DNA of 64,000 bases from Deferribacterales bacterium (GTDB lineage Bacteria; Chrysiogenota; Deferribacteres; Deferribacterales; Geovibrionaceae). The translations under genes were made by a program, and so were the position numbers. Each line of letters starts with the position of its first letter. Position 1 is the stretch's first letter. Below the pieces are notes generated by a model. That model was not told the DNA's origin and did not search any database. It worked only from the letters and a program-made list of their open reading frames with translations. The DNA lies in assembly GCA_050253075.1 (NCBI GenBank), contig JBFWJS010000006.1, positions 96,001-160,000 of the forward strand, in the 5' to 3' direction. Positions 33,000 to 42,953 of this stretch are shown here, one piece after another.

Positions 33000-33146
33000 A
33001 TAATGCTATTTGACTTAGTTTGTATATACTTTAACTATGCCACTAATTAACATAAAATCAATGAAAAGACGCCACATACGACACATCTGTTTAATTAGTT
33101 ATTAATAGATCAGAAATAATTTCAGGGGATAAATGATATTCTCACG

Positions 33147-34697
33147 TTACTTAACGGTGACCATATTACGCCCGTTCTCTTTAGACTCATAAAGTGCGGA
33201 GTCGGCACGCTCCAGAAGCGATTTTTCGTCTTCGCCTGCTATGTTCATTGTAACGCCGAGGCTAGCCGTGATCTTTGTCCCTGTGCAGAATTTGAAGTTT
33301 TCGATGACCCTTCTGAGCTTCTCCGCTATTCCAGGGAGTATCTCTTTGGAAACGTTCGGCAGGATAAGGCAGAATTCCTCACCGCCCCATCTGACGAGAA
33401 AATCAGTGTTTCGTATATTTGCCTGTATGACCTCACACATCTCCTGCAGGACCTGATCACCTACTGAGTGACCGAAGCGGTCATTAACATCTTTGAAATG
33501 GTCGATGTCAATGAATATAAAGCCGAATTTAATCCCCGTACCGATTATGTGCTTCAGCCTTTCGTCATGGTAACGTCTGTTAAAGGCGCCTGTCAGAGGG
33601 TCTATGTATACCCTGTCTTCCAGTTCGCCCACCTGATGCATCAGCTTGCTAGCCGAGGCCTTCACCTGTGTCACTTCATGAACTTTTTTGTCGTATTCCT
33701 CTGCGGATATCTTTGATATATAAGCCGTGAGGAAAAATGCAAAAACAACCGAAAGGGAATATATGGCTATACTCAGCAGAAACTGCTCTTTGTGTATTGC
33801 CGAAAGATAGCGCTTATTCATTGTGAATAGAGCGTAGAGATAGTTGTCGTCGGACAGATATATCTTCCTAGCCATTGCGCCGTCGCTCAGCTTCATCTGC
33901 TTCCTGTTCGGCATGTTCTTCATGAATGGAAAATCTTCGAACATATTGGCATTTGTATCTTGGTATTTTGTGAATGTCTTATCCTTTTCAGGATGAACGA
34001 TATAGTTCCCTTCCCTGTTCGCAAGATATACGTTTACGTTCTTATAAGAATTGAAATAGGTCAGTATGCTCTCCGCAAAGTGGTTTATTATAACCAGCCC
34101 TGTCTTCTTCGAGCCCATGCCTATAGGTATGGCAAATCTGATCGTAGGGCGGTACGGATATTCCAGCTTTCCGTTCTCAAAGTTAAGGTCAACATCTGAA
34201 ATCCATATGGAATTTATATCTTCATTGATGGCCTGAGTGAAATAATACCTGTTATGCTTATCCTGAAGGTAGTCATCACCTGTGAAAACAACAGGCGAGC
34301 CAATGGCCTCTCTTTCCGCACGTATAAGCTCTTTACCGTTTATATCCAGTATGCGGAGCTGCATTATACCGCTGTAGCTGTTTGCTATGGTGTATATATA
34401 GTCGTTGAGCAGCTGCATAGCCCCCGGGTGGTCTTTAAAATTAAGGTCTGCCAGATCGTGGTCATAAATATAGCCGGATATCATGCTCAGCATATTTGAA
34501 ATGTCTGACACACGCTGATAAAGGGTTGATTCTGCTATGTAGAGCTTATCTTCGATTATCTCGCTGATGCTCTCGTTGGTCTGCTGAATACGCATGATGT
34601 ATGAGCTGAATGCCGTGATGAATATCACAAACATGCAGAGCATGAATATCACCATAAACACCTTGACCCGTGTGGAAAACTTAAAAAGTAATCCCAT
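33147..34697 (-). CDS. Membrane diguanylate cyclase with Cache-like sensor
   Basis: TM-periplasmic (R.YF...IW.S...PTIRFAIP)-TM, RNTD I-site, GGEEF. Confidence 0.92.
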   Translation of the reverse strand: MGLLFKFSTRVKVFMVIFMLCMFVIFITAFSSYIMRIQQTNESISEIIEDKLYIAESTLYQRVSDISNMLSMISGYIYDHDLADLNFKDHPGAMQLLNDYIYTIANSYSGIMQLRILDINGKELIRAEREAIGSPVVFTGDDYLQDKHNRYYFTQAINEDINSIWISDVDLNFENGKLEYPYRPTIRFAIPIGMGSKKTGLVIINHFAESILTYFNSYKNVNVYLANREGNYIVHPEKDKTFTKYQDTNANMFEDFPFMKNMPNRKQMKLSDGAMARKIYLSDDNYLYALFTMNKRYLSAIHKEQFLLSIAIYSLSVVFAFFLTAYISKISAEEYDKKVHEVTQVKASASKLMHQVGELEDRVYIDPLTGAFNRRYHDERLKHIIGTGIKFGFIFIDIDHFKDVNDRFGHSVGDQVLQEMCEVIQANIRNTDFLVRWGGEEFCLILPNVSKEILPGIAEKLRRVIENFKFCTGTKITASLGVTMNIAGEDEKSLLERADSALYESKENGRNMVTVK

Positions 34698-34807
34698 GAC
34701 ACAGCCTCCCCTTTCCTCAGAAAAGTATGCTCAAGTAATATAATATTACACTAAAAATAAACAGGCCGCATTTAAATTTGGGAGCAAATCAGTCTTTATA
34801 TATCTAA

Positions 34808-35326
34808 TTAGTTTTTTCTTATTTCAGAGGTAATTTGCGCTGCCCATTCTTTTATCCTCGCCTCCGAATGCAGCGGCTGTACATCATAGTCAAGAGCCAG
34901 CCCGACAAACCTGTCGTTAACTACGCCTCTCGATTCACGAAACTTATATCCGTCTGTGGACCATCTGCCGACGATGCGTGAGTCGTATGATGTAACAGTG
35001 TCATACAGCACGCCCATGCCGTCTACGAATGTGTCGGGATATGTCTCCTGATCGCCTGTGCCGAAGAATGCGACATTCTTACCCGAGAAGTCTATCTCGC
35101 GCAGTTTCTGGAGCACGCTGTCCCAGTCGTCCTGTATTACGCCGACACCCCATGTGGATGCGCCGAGGATAACATTATCATAATTAGCAAAGGTGCTTAG
35201 GTGTACATCTGCTATGTTCATAACATCTACTTCAAAGCCTCTGTCTGAAAGCTCTCTTGATATCATATCAGCGGCGTCTTCTGTTGCCCCGCCCGTTGAT
35301 CCGTAAAAAATACCTATCTTATCCAT
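34808..35326 (-). CDS. Long-chain flavodoxin (second paralog)
   Basis: GIFYGSTGGAT, GASTWG, FGTGDQETYPDTFVDGMG; start at ATG 35326 after AAGGAG. Confidence 0.94.
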   Translation of the reverse strand: MDKIGIFYGSTGGATEDAADMISRELSDRGFEVDVMNIADVHLSTFANYDNVILGASTWGVGVIQDDWDSVLQKLREIDFSGKNVAFFGTGDQETYPDTFVDGMGVLYDTVTSYDSRIVGRWSTDGYKFRESRGVVNDRFVGLALDYDVQPLHSEARIKEWAAQITSEIRKN

Positions 35327-35359
35327 TTTTAACTCCTTATCATTCAAGACACTATTAAC

Positions 35360-35378
35360 GATATTGATTTTGCGTATC
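35360..35378. promoter_or_regulatory. Weak Fur-box-like site
   Basis: GATATTGATTTTGCGTATC, 13/19; shares GATATTGATT with the site at 27750. Confidence 0.45.
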
Positions 35379-35464
35379 ATTTCAATACTTTTTTAGTCTG
35401 AATAGTAATAACCTTTATGCTGTTAAGTTCTGCATTTTATGATATATTCTCTTCGGAGGCTCAT

Positions 35465-36112
35465 ATGTCATTTGAATTGTGGCTGGTCTATTTTACAACT
35501 GTTTTTATCGCGTCAATAATCCCCGGCCCCAGTATGATATTGGCTCTCACCCACGGCATGCAGTTCGGCGTCAGAAAGGCCGCAATCTCATCCTTTGGGG
35601 TTATCATCTCCACAATGATACAGGCGGGAATCTCTATAGCAGGGCTGGGAGCAATACTGCTGGCATCAGAATTTCTCTTTATTGTTATAAAGATAACAGG
35701 TGCAGTTTACCTTACGTATCTGGGTATTGTTATGTTGGTGAGCAACAGTTCGTTTTATACGGATTTCAGAACTGACACATTCAGCCCTACTTCTAAGAAA
35801 CTGCTCGGGCAGGGATTTATAGTGAGTATATTTAACCCTAAAGCAGTAATATTTTTTACAGCGTTTTTTCCGCAGTTCATCGGTGCATCTGGTTCCAGCG
35901 CAGTGGGATACTTTGAGCTGATGGCAACTCTGGCGGCAGTACACTTTTCATGCAGTATGATATACGCATACGCCGGAAAGAAAGTAATCTCTTTCTTCAC
36001 CCACAGTAGTAAGGTTATAACAAAACTCATCGGCGTCTTCTTTGTGGTGACTGGTCTTTCCATAATGTTCAACTCAGTATATTCACAGTACCTTTCCACC
36101 GAAAACAACTAA
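35465..36112 (+). CDS. LysE/RhtB family exporter
   Basis: PGPS, GAVYLTYLG, NPKA; start at ATG 35465 after GGAGG. Confidence 0.92.
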   Translation: MSFELWLVYFTTVFIASIIPGPSMILALTHGMQFGVRKAAISSFGVIISTMIQAGISIAGLGAILLASEFLFIVIKITGAVYLTYLGIVMLVSNSSFYTDFRTDTFSPTSKKLLGQGFIVSIFNPKAVIFFTAFFPQFIGASGSSAVGYFELMATLAAVHFSCSMIYAYAGKKVISFFTHSSKVITKLIGVFFVVTGLSIMFNSVYSQYLSTENN

Positions 36113-36121
36113 TATGAGAAT

Positions 36122-36153
36122 AAAAAAAGGGGAACCGTAATGGTTCCCCTTTT
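36122..36153. terminator. Bidirectional intrinsic terminator
   Basis: AAAAAAAGGGGAACC-GTAAT-GGTTCCCCTTTT. Confidence 0.85.
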
Positions 36154-36178
36154 GGATTTATCTGGTAAGTGCTAGCAC

Positions 36179-37759
36179 TTAAACGATCTCTGGAACATCC
36201 CAGTTATCGATTTTCATTGTGCCGTTTTTAGCAAGGTTCATCTGCATTTTGAAGCATCTGTCGAAGAGCTGTGGCTCATGACCGACACCTTTAGCAAGAC
36301 AGATTTTGCTAGCCATATCGAAGTACTCCTGAATGATATCTTTGTAATCAGGGTGTACACATTTATCGATGATGACCTGTGCTCTCTGCTTAGGAGCAAG
36401 ACCGCGAAGGTCAGCAAGTCCCTGATCTGTAACAAGTACGTCAAGGTCGTGCTCTGTGTGGTCAATGTGTGGAGCCTTTGGAACTACACATGTGATACCT
36501 GTTGGGTCTGTCTTTGTAGGACGAGCAGACGGACAATGCATGATCTTCAGGAAACCGTTTCTAAGGAAGTCACCGGAACCGCCGAGACCGTTGATCATTC
36601 TTGTACCGCCAACGAGTGTTGAGTTAGCGTGTGCATAGATATCGAACTCAACAGGTGTGTTCATTGCGATACATCCGAGACGACGGATAGGCTCCGGAGC
36701 GTTGGAAACGGAAAGCGGACGAAGAACGATCTTGTCTGCGTATTTATCCCAGTTTGCGAAGAAACGCGGGAAGCCCTCTTTCTCGGAAAGAGAAAGTGAA
36801 CATGAAGAAGCTGCATCAAGTTTACCTGAGTCGAAGAGGTCAAGCATTGTATCCTGAAGAACTTCAGTGAAAACTGTAAGGTTCTTGAAAGGACCTTTTG
36901 CAAGTCCGCCCACAACAGCGTTAGCGATAGAACCAACACCGGACTGAAGTGGAAGAAGGTTCTCAGGGAGACGGCCTGCTTTAACTTCGTGAGCGAAGAA
37001 TTCCATGATGTGACCGGCGATAGCTTCGGATGTTTCATCGATCTCTGTAAAAGCTCTACCTTTATCAAGTCTCTTAGACTCAACAACAGCGATAACTTTG
37101 TTAGGGTCACATGCGATAGATGTAGAACCGATACGGCTGTCAGCCTTAACGATGTTGAAAGGCTCTCTGTTAGGAGGTGTGCCTGGTGTGAAAAGGTCGT
37201 GCATACCTTCGAAAGATGGCTGGCCTGTGTTTACTTCGAGGATGATTTTATCACAGATCATAAGGATCTCAGGGATAACACCACAAGAAGATGTAGGAAC
37301 AAGGCTTCCGTCTTCTTTAACACAAGAAACTTCTATGATAGCGAGGTCAAGCTTGCCTGACTCTGTATCTTTTGTATAGAAACCATAACCAAGGTCCTGA
37401 GCGAAGAGAGAGAGGTGTTTGTCACCCATTCTGATTCTGCCTTCGTTGATACCTTTAGCGATGTTTTTACCGGTCTGGTAAGGCCATCTTCTGTCGATCA
37501 TATCGAGAGTAGCCCATCTGTCTTCAGTCTCAGCACCAACAGATGCACCGATGAAGAGGTTGAACTTCATTTTGCCCTGAAGACCGTTAGCCTCTACGTA
37601 ATCAGCGAGAGCGATAGGTACTTCTTTTGGGTAACCGGCAGGTGTGAAACCTGACCAGCCAAGGTTCATTCCATTCTTAAAGAACTGGATTGTTTCTTCA
37701 GCCTTCATTACTTTCTTGAGAAGGCTTTTACATTCCACTCGGGTCTCAAGTTCAGACAT
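36179..37759 (-). CDS. Acetyl-CoA hydrolase / succinyl-CoA:acetate CoA transferase
   Basis: SGFTPAGYPK, LQSGVGSIANA, TEVLQD, NGLGGSGDF; strong codon bias; start at ATG 37759 after GGAGG. Confidence 0.94.
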   Translation of the reverse strand: MSELETRVECKSLLKKVMKAEETIQFFKNGMNLGWSGFTPAGYPKEVPIALADYVEANGLQGKMKFNLFIGASVGAETEDRWATLDMIDRRWPYQTGKNIAKGINEGRIRMGDKHLSLFAQDLGYGFYTKDTESGKLDLAIIEVSCVKEDGSLVPTSSCGVIPEILMICDKIILEVNTGQPSFEGMHDLFTPGTPPNREPFNIVKADSRIGSTSIACDPNKVIAVVESKRLDKGRAFTEIDETSEAIAGHIMEFFAHEVKAGRLPENLLPLQSGVGSIANAVVGGLAKGPFKNLTVFTEVLQDTMLDLFDSGKLDAASSCSLSLSEKEGFPRFFANWDKYADKIVLRPLSVSNAPEPIRRLGCIAMNTPVEFDIYAHANSTLVGGTRMINGLGGSGDFLRNGFLKIMHCPSARPTKTDPTGITCVVPKAPHIDHTEHDLDVLVTDQGLADLRGLAPKQRAQVIIDKCVHPDYKDIIQEYFDMASKICLAKGVGHEPQLFDRCFKMQMNLAKNGTMKIDNWDVPEIV

Positions 37760-37849
37760 ATACTCCTCCATATAGGGTTATTAAGTTTATTTAGGTTCTA
37801 TCGGTTCCGACTAGCCTGAAACACATCGGCTCCGACATTCAATTCCATA

Positions 37850-38026
37850 TTAACTGTGTAAAAAACCTTCATCCTGAAGTTTTTTACTATCGCTCTGCCG
37901 AACAAGTACGGCTTCGCTCTCTCTGCGCTGTTTAACAGCTCCGAGAAGCACATCGTGTGCTTTTAACTGTGTAAAAAACTTTCGTCGGAAAGTCTTTACT
38001 ATCGCTCTGCCGAACAAGTACGGCTT
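37850..38026 (+). repeat. Family-2 three-hairpin repeat, one full plus one partial tandem copy (113 bp period)
   Basis: TTAACTGTGTAAAAAAC..TTACTATCGCTCTGCCGAACAAGTACGGCTT at 37850 and 37963. Confidence 0.85.
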
Positions 38027-38809
38027 TTATCTTCTCTCTATCTTAAAGGTCTTCAGGGCATCCTGCATAGAAGGTATCTTTTCTCTGATATCTTCCACAT
38101 CAGCCCTGTCTGCCGTACAGCTTAAGACAGCCTCGCCGTCCGCCGGTTCAAAGAGCGCCTCGCCCCATGGGTTCCAGGCTACGCTGTATCCGCAGTCCAT
38201 AGTCTTCTTTCTGGTGTGCAGAACGCTGCAGTTCCCGCCGACGACATAGAGCTGGTTTTCAATGGCTCTCGCTCTGGTAAGCGTCTGCCAGTGCTCCTTC
38301 TTCATCGCAGGCCACATAGCAGGAACAGTTATAACATCTGCTCCGGCTGCTGCCGTCATCCTGAAAAGCTCAGGAAAACGTATCTCGTAACAAACCAGAA
38401 GACCGACCTTCATCCCTTTGAAATCAACAACACATACCTCGCTGCCGACATCAAAGTATTTATCCTCTCCTGTTGGAGAGAAGAGAAGATTTTTTCTATA
38501 TTTACCTATCACGCCGTCTTTTGTAACGGCATAAACAGTATTGAAAACCTTGTTCTGATTTTCTTCAGGGTGGGTTGTGACGACCAGTGTATCGGAATTT
38601 ATGATAGACTGTATTTCGGAAATAACTTCATCCGTTTTCAATGCAAACTGCTGAAGATTTTCGTAGTCGAAGCCACAGCTCCACATCTCAGGAAGTACGA
38701 TAATAACATCTTTCTCATCAGACAGTTGTGCGATAGCATCGAGAAAGGTTTTCTTGTTCCTTTCTAAATCCGCAAGCGCTACAGGAAGCTGAAGTGAAAT
38801 GATTTTCAT
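38027..38809 (-). CDS. Carbon-nitrogen hydrolase (nitrilase family amidase)
   Basis: LPEMW, YRK, VCYEIRFPE (E-K-C triad), RARAIENQ. Confidence 0.92.
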   Translation of the reverse strand: MKIISLQLPVALADLERNKKTFLDAIAQLSDEKDVIIVLPEMWSCGFDYENLQQFALKTDEVISEIQSIINSDTLVVTTHPEENQNKVFNTVYAVTKDGVIGKYRKNLLFSPTGEDKYFDVGSEVCVVDFKGMKVGLLVCYEIRFPELFRMTAAAGADVITVPAMWPAMKKEHWQTLTRARAIENQLYVVGGNCSVLHTRKKTMDCGYSVAWNPWGEALFEPADGEAVLSCTADRADVEDIREKIPSMQDALKTFKIERR

Positions 38810-38887
38810 ACTACTCCTCTAAACGATTGGAATTTTAAAACATAATTTGTACCATGTCAAGATGCTAAATAACAGATAATGAACAAA

Positions 38888-38944
38888 CAAAAAAAAAGGC
38901 ACCGCTTAAACCCTTAGCTATAAAGGGTTTCAGAGATGCCTTTG
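38888..38944 (-). terminator. Long hairpin terminator after radical SAM gene
   Basis: A-run, AAAGGCA..AAACCCTT-loop-AAGGGTTT..TGCCTTT. Confidence 0.55.
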
Positions 38945-38975
38945 TTTATAAAACAGTGTAAAAAGTTAAATAAAT

Positions 38976-40043
38976 TTAACCCTTATAATTGGCAGGAATA
39001 TAGTCACAGAATGGCTCTTCCGCCATGTAGTCTCCGGTGACGGCGTATGACCTCGCACGGCATCCTCCGCAGACACCGAGGTGTTTGCAGACTCCGCATT
39101 TACCGTCGTACTCTTTAAAGTTTCTCATGTCTTTAAACAGCTTGGATTCTTCCCATATCTCTTTCAGAGGTGTTTCGAACACGTTTCCGCCGTTTACGGG
39201 GAAGTAAGAGCATGGGAGCATATCTCCGTTCGAGTTTACAAGTGCGATGGTCTGACCTGCTATACAGCCCTTTCCTCCGCCTGTGGAGAATGTGAGGCTT
39301 CTGCGGTCTTTATCTTTACCCTCTTCCTTGCTTCTGTCGTGCCATATGCGATAGTACTGAGGTGCACATGTAGGACGCACGAGGATTTCTTCCTCCTCAC
39401 GCTCCATGTCATAGTGCCAGTTCAGTATCTCTTCATAGTCTTCTTTGCTGATGAGCTCTTTCATGAGCTCTTCGCCTCTGCCTGTCGGTACGATGAGGAA
39501 CATGTACCATGCTGTGGGCTGAAGGCTTTTAGCGAGTTTATATGTATTCATGATATCGTGTTGGTTACGCTTTGCGAATGAGGAGTTGATGATGAACTTT
39601 ATGCCGTGCTTTCTGAAAAGCGCAGCCGCGTCCATAACAGCCTGAAATGAGCCCTCCTGCTGACGGAAGTCGTCGTGTACAGCAGGTGTGGAGCCGTCGA
39701 GGCTGAGTGAGCATATTCTTATGCCTGATGCTATCATCTTTTCGCATATCTCGTCTGTCACGAGTGATCCGTTTGTCGCCATAGCCATGCGCAGGCCTTT
39801 GGATGTGCCGTAGCTGGCGATGTCGAAAATGTCTTCTCTCATGAGAGGCTCGCCCCCGGTGAGGACGACAACAGGGTTAGCGAAGTCTACCAGATCGTCT
39901 ATGAACTTCTTTGATTTTTCCAGAGTGAATTTGCCAACGGCAGAATGAATACCTGAAGATGAACGGCAGTGAACACATTTAAGGTTGCATTTTGATGTGA
40001 TTTCCCAAGCCATCCATTTCAGTTCCCAGTTTTTTTCAGACAT
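38976..40043 (-). CDS. Radical SAM/SPASM enzyme, AhbD/NirJ-like (heme synthesis)
   Basis: [44 protein letters not shown].....CGGCRAR. Confidence 0.8.
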   Translation of the reverse strand: MSEKNWELKWMAWEITSKCNLKCVHCRSSSGIHSAVGKFTLEKSKKFIDDLVDFANPVVVLTGGEPLMREDIFDIASYGTSKGLRMAMATNGSLVTDEICEKMIASGIRICSLSLDGSTPAVHDDFRQQEGSFQAVMDAAALFRKHGIKFIINSSFAKRNQHDIMNTYKLAKSLQPTAWYMFLIVPTGRGEELMKELISKEDYEEILNWHYDMEREEEEILVRPTCAPQYYRIWHDRSKEEGKDKDRRSLTFSTGGGKGCIAGQTIALVNSNGDMLPCSYFPVNGGNVFETPLKEIWEESKLFKDMRNFKEYDGKCGVCKHLGVCGGCRARSYAVTGDYMAEEPFCDYIPANYKG

Positions 40044-40190
40044 GTATATCTCCAATAAATTATCTATGAGTAATACATTATCAATAAAGCCGAAATTTTC
40101 AATAATAAATAACGCTCTGCGACAGTAAATTATGTTAACATTGATTGTAATATCGAAATTAGATGTTATGCTTAACTATATTTATTTACA

Positions 40191-42182
40191 TTGAGGATGC
40201 GTGTGAAAGAGCTGATTTCAAACATCGCCGATGAATTTTACGAGCTGATAACCAAAAGCCAATACTTCGCTTCTTTCTTTCTTGGCAAAGATTTAGACAA
40301 GATAAAACCAAGACTGAGACAATTTTTAGTGGACCAGCTGACATCACAGGATCAGGAGAAGCAGTACAAGCAGGCCTATAATATCGGCGTGATGCATGCG
40401 TCTCAGGGTATACCTCTTAACAACGTTTTTAATTTCATAGATTTCTTTCAGTCCAAAATTTATAAATACTGCGATGAAAATCGTGACCGCTGCTCTGCTC
40501 TGAACCTGAGCAACCTAGACAACATGAAGAACTGGTTTGCGAAAGGATACCTGCATAAGACAATAGAGGACACAGACATGATGTCTATCCCACTATTCTC
40601 TGTACTTTCCACCACAAGGGTCGCCACTTCCATCATCTCATGGATGCTCGATCTTAACAAAATGATCCTCAACGAAGGCGTATTCGAAGGCGAACATCAC
40701 CATAACAACTCCTGTGACCTTATGAATTATCTGAACAAACCTTTCTTTAACATGATATTCGAGAGCGAAGACAACTTCATGGACTTCAACAGGATGCATG
40801 TGGAGCTGCATAACACGGCAAACAGCCTCCTCTACTTTATGGATGAAAAGAGCTATGCACAGGCATACTTTGTCTATAACGACTTCGTAGAGCAGTGTAA
40901 ATCGTTCCTTAACTTTTACTTCGAGCGTGTTGTTCTCTTCGAGCAGAACAACCGTAACTACTTTTATAAATTCATAAAAAAGAAGGTCGAATACGGACGC
41001 CAAGTCACTGTCTTCACCTTTAACATAAGAAACATGCAGATGATAAATAAGATATGGGGGCTGGAGGTCGGCGACCATATCGTGAACCAGATAGAGCGCC
41101 TGATAGATAAACAGCACGGGATGAACAGCGAAAACTCTGTCTATATCAAGACAAAGAACGCCGAATTCATCATAGTAATGATAAACCACCCTATCTCCAA
41201 AGCTCTCGAAGATTTTAATAATATGAATGCCATCATCGAAAGATTCCTGCTCAAACAGGAAGACTATATATCAGACGTAAGGATATCCAGCGCCTTCATA
41301 CCTTTCGGCGATCAGTCCTTCCACCACATAGAGCACTTGAAGCAGATAGTTCATCAGGCAGTATCACTTTCCAAAAACAATGACAACAAGCCTCTGATAT
41401 GTAACTTCAACATCATATCCCAGCTTAATAAAAACGTCCTCTATGATGAAAAGATAAGGCACTTTATTAAGAAATCCTTCGACAGTAACAACTTCCGACC
41501 GTTCTACCACACCATTGTGGACTCCAGAACAGGTGAGCTTTCCCACGTTGAGGCTCTCGCCAGAGTATGCGACAAGGATTCATGCATCAGTGCAGGTTCT
41601 TTCATCGACTACCTTGTTAAAACAGGGCGTGTGGTCGAGCTGGACAAAGTGATGCTGACAAAGATACTAGACGATTTCCCTAAGATGCAGCATAAGGTAT
41701 CAAAAATATTCATAAACATCAGCCCGAGGTCCCTCCGTGCGTCAGGTTATGTTCAAGCTCTCAAGGAATTCATCGTAAAAGCTGACGCCATCGGTCTTGA
41801 GCATGTCTTCGAGATAACGGAGCAGTCACTCTTTGACAACCTGGAGCTCGTCCGCTCCATACACAAATCCTACGGGTCCGTATTCGCCATAGACGACTTT
41901 GGCTCAGGGTATTCAAACTTCAGCATTGTGTCTGATCTGGGGCAGGAAGGGCTTATAGAATACCTAAAGATAGACGGCTCACTTATAAAGGACATTCACG
42001 AAAATATCTATAAAGAGAATATAGTTGCGGGGATCATACGCATAGCCACCAGCCTGAATATGAAAACCGTTGCCGAATTTGTCTCCGACGAGGCCGTAGC
42101 CGCAAAAGTGAAAAAACTGAAAGCGACATACATGCAGGGTTTCCACTTCTCCATACCTGAACCTATAGAAAACTTAATTTAA
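40191..42182 (+). CDS. EAL phosphodiesterase with globin-like, CZB-like and degenerate GGDEF domains
   Basis: FY..IGVMH..GI; SW..SCDL..HVELH; NKIWGLEVGD..KNAEF; VEALAR, EITE, DDFGSGYS, KIDG. Confidence 0.85.
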   Translation: MRMRVKELISNIADEFYELITKSQYFASFFLGKDLDKIKPRLRQFLVDQLTSQDQEKQYKQAYNIGVMHASQGIPLNNVFNFIDFFQSKIYKYCDENRDRCSALNLSNLDNMKNWFAKGYLHKTIEDTDMMSIPLFSVLSTTRVATSIISWMLDLNKMILNEGVFEGEHHHNNSCDLMNYLNKPFFNMIFESEDNFMDFNRMHVELHNTANSLLYFMDEKSYAQAYFVYNDFVEQCKSFLNFYFERVVLFEQNNRNYFYKFIKKKVEYGRQVTVFTFNIRNMQMINKIWGLEVGDHIVNQIERLIDKQHGMNSENSVYIKTKNAEFIIVMINHPISKALEDFNNMNAIIERFLLKQEDYISDVRISSAFIPFGDQSFHHIEHLKQIVHQAVSLSKNNDNKPLICNFNIISQLNKNVLYDEKIRHFIKKSFDSNNFRPFYHTIVDSRTGELSHVEALARVCDKDSCISAGSFIDYLVKTGRVVELDKVMLTKILDDFPKMQHKVSKIFINISPRSLRASGYVQALKEFIVKADAIGLEHVFEITEQSLFDNLELVRSIHKSYGSVFAIDDFGSGYSNFSIVSDLGQEGLIEYLKIDGSLIKDIHENIYKENIVAGIIRIATSLNMKTVAEFVSDEAVAAKVKKLKATYMQGFHFSIPEPIENLI

Positions 42183-42478
42183 TAAAATATTCGGAATAAA
42201 AAGAAAAATTTTTCTTGCTTTATTCTGTATTATTAATATAGTGTTTATAGTCAATCACGTATTCAGAATGTTTCTGATAGTTGTTAGCAAATTTGAATTG
42301 GATTTTGAATCAGAACAGATCAGTTTACCAAGCTCCACGTTGAATGTTCTTCAATTAAATGCCCACATAAATTTGTTCCTAGTTCCTGTTTCCGGATCAT
42401 ACCGCATCCAGCATTTGTAATACACAGATTCACCAGGATATCTGGAATTGACAAAAAAAAATTTATGAGGATCATATT

Positions 42479-42748
42479 ATGAACATTTACGTAGGAAACC
42501 TTAGCTACTCTACTAGCGAAGAAGATCTCAGCGCACTTTTCGAAAACATCGGTCAGGTTGACTCTGCAAGAATCATCTCTGACAGAGAAACAGGACGTTC
42601 TAAAGGCTTCGGCTTTGTAGAAATGTCTGACAACGATGCAGCTAAAGCTGCTATCGAGCAACTTAACGGCACAGAGTTCGGCGGCAGAAACCTCACAGTT
42701 AACGAGGCTAAGCCTAGAAACAACGACCGTGGACCTAGAAGATACTAA
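42479..42748 (+). CDS. RRM RNA-binding protein
   Basis: RNP2 IYVGNL, RNP1 KGFGFVEM. Confidence 0.96.
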   Translation: MNIYVGNLSYSTSEEDLSALFENIGQVDSARIISDRETGRSKGFGFVEMSDNDAAKAAIEQLNGTEFGGRNLTVNEAKPRNNDRGPRRY

Positions 42749-42750
42749 TT

Positions 42751-42869
42751 AGATCTTACCGTAAACAACATCCGTGTTGTTTACCCGCCTGAACTGCCCA
42801 AAGGCTAGCCTTTGCCAGTTCTCGCTACAGAGAACTTCCGCGATGCACATCAGTGTGCATTTAAGATCT
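42751..42869 (+). repeat. Family-2 three-hairpin repeat downstream of RRM gene
   Basis: GTAAACAACA-TCCG-TGTTGTTTAC, CCGCCT, GAACTG..CAGTTC, TCGCT, ATGCACA-TCAG-TGTGCAT; closed by AGATCTTA/TAAGATCT. Confidence 0.7.
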
Positions 42870-42896
42870 TCTCCTAAACAAGATAATTAAAATAAC

Positions 42897-42924
42897 AAAG
42901 CCGGACTTTTGTCCGGCTTTTTTT
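42897..42924. terminator. Bidirectional terminator
   Basis: AAAGCCGGAC-TTTT-GTCCGGCTTT plus T-run. Confidence 0.85.
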
Positions 42925-42953
42925 ATGTCTTATTTTAAAGTGCATGACGCTTA

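Noticed and set aside
33025..33045. Sigma-54 promoter before the HD-GYP gene (TGGCAT)
   Set aside because: The -12 position reads GT, not GC.
42320..42661. 113-aa minus-strand ORF
   Set aside because: Antisense to the clear RRM gene.
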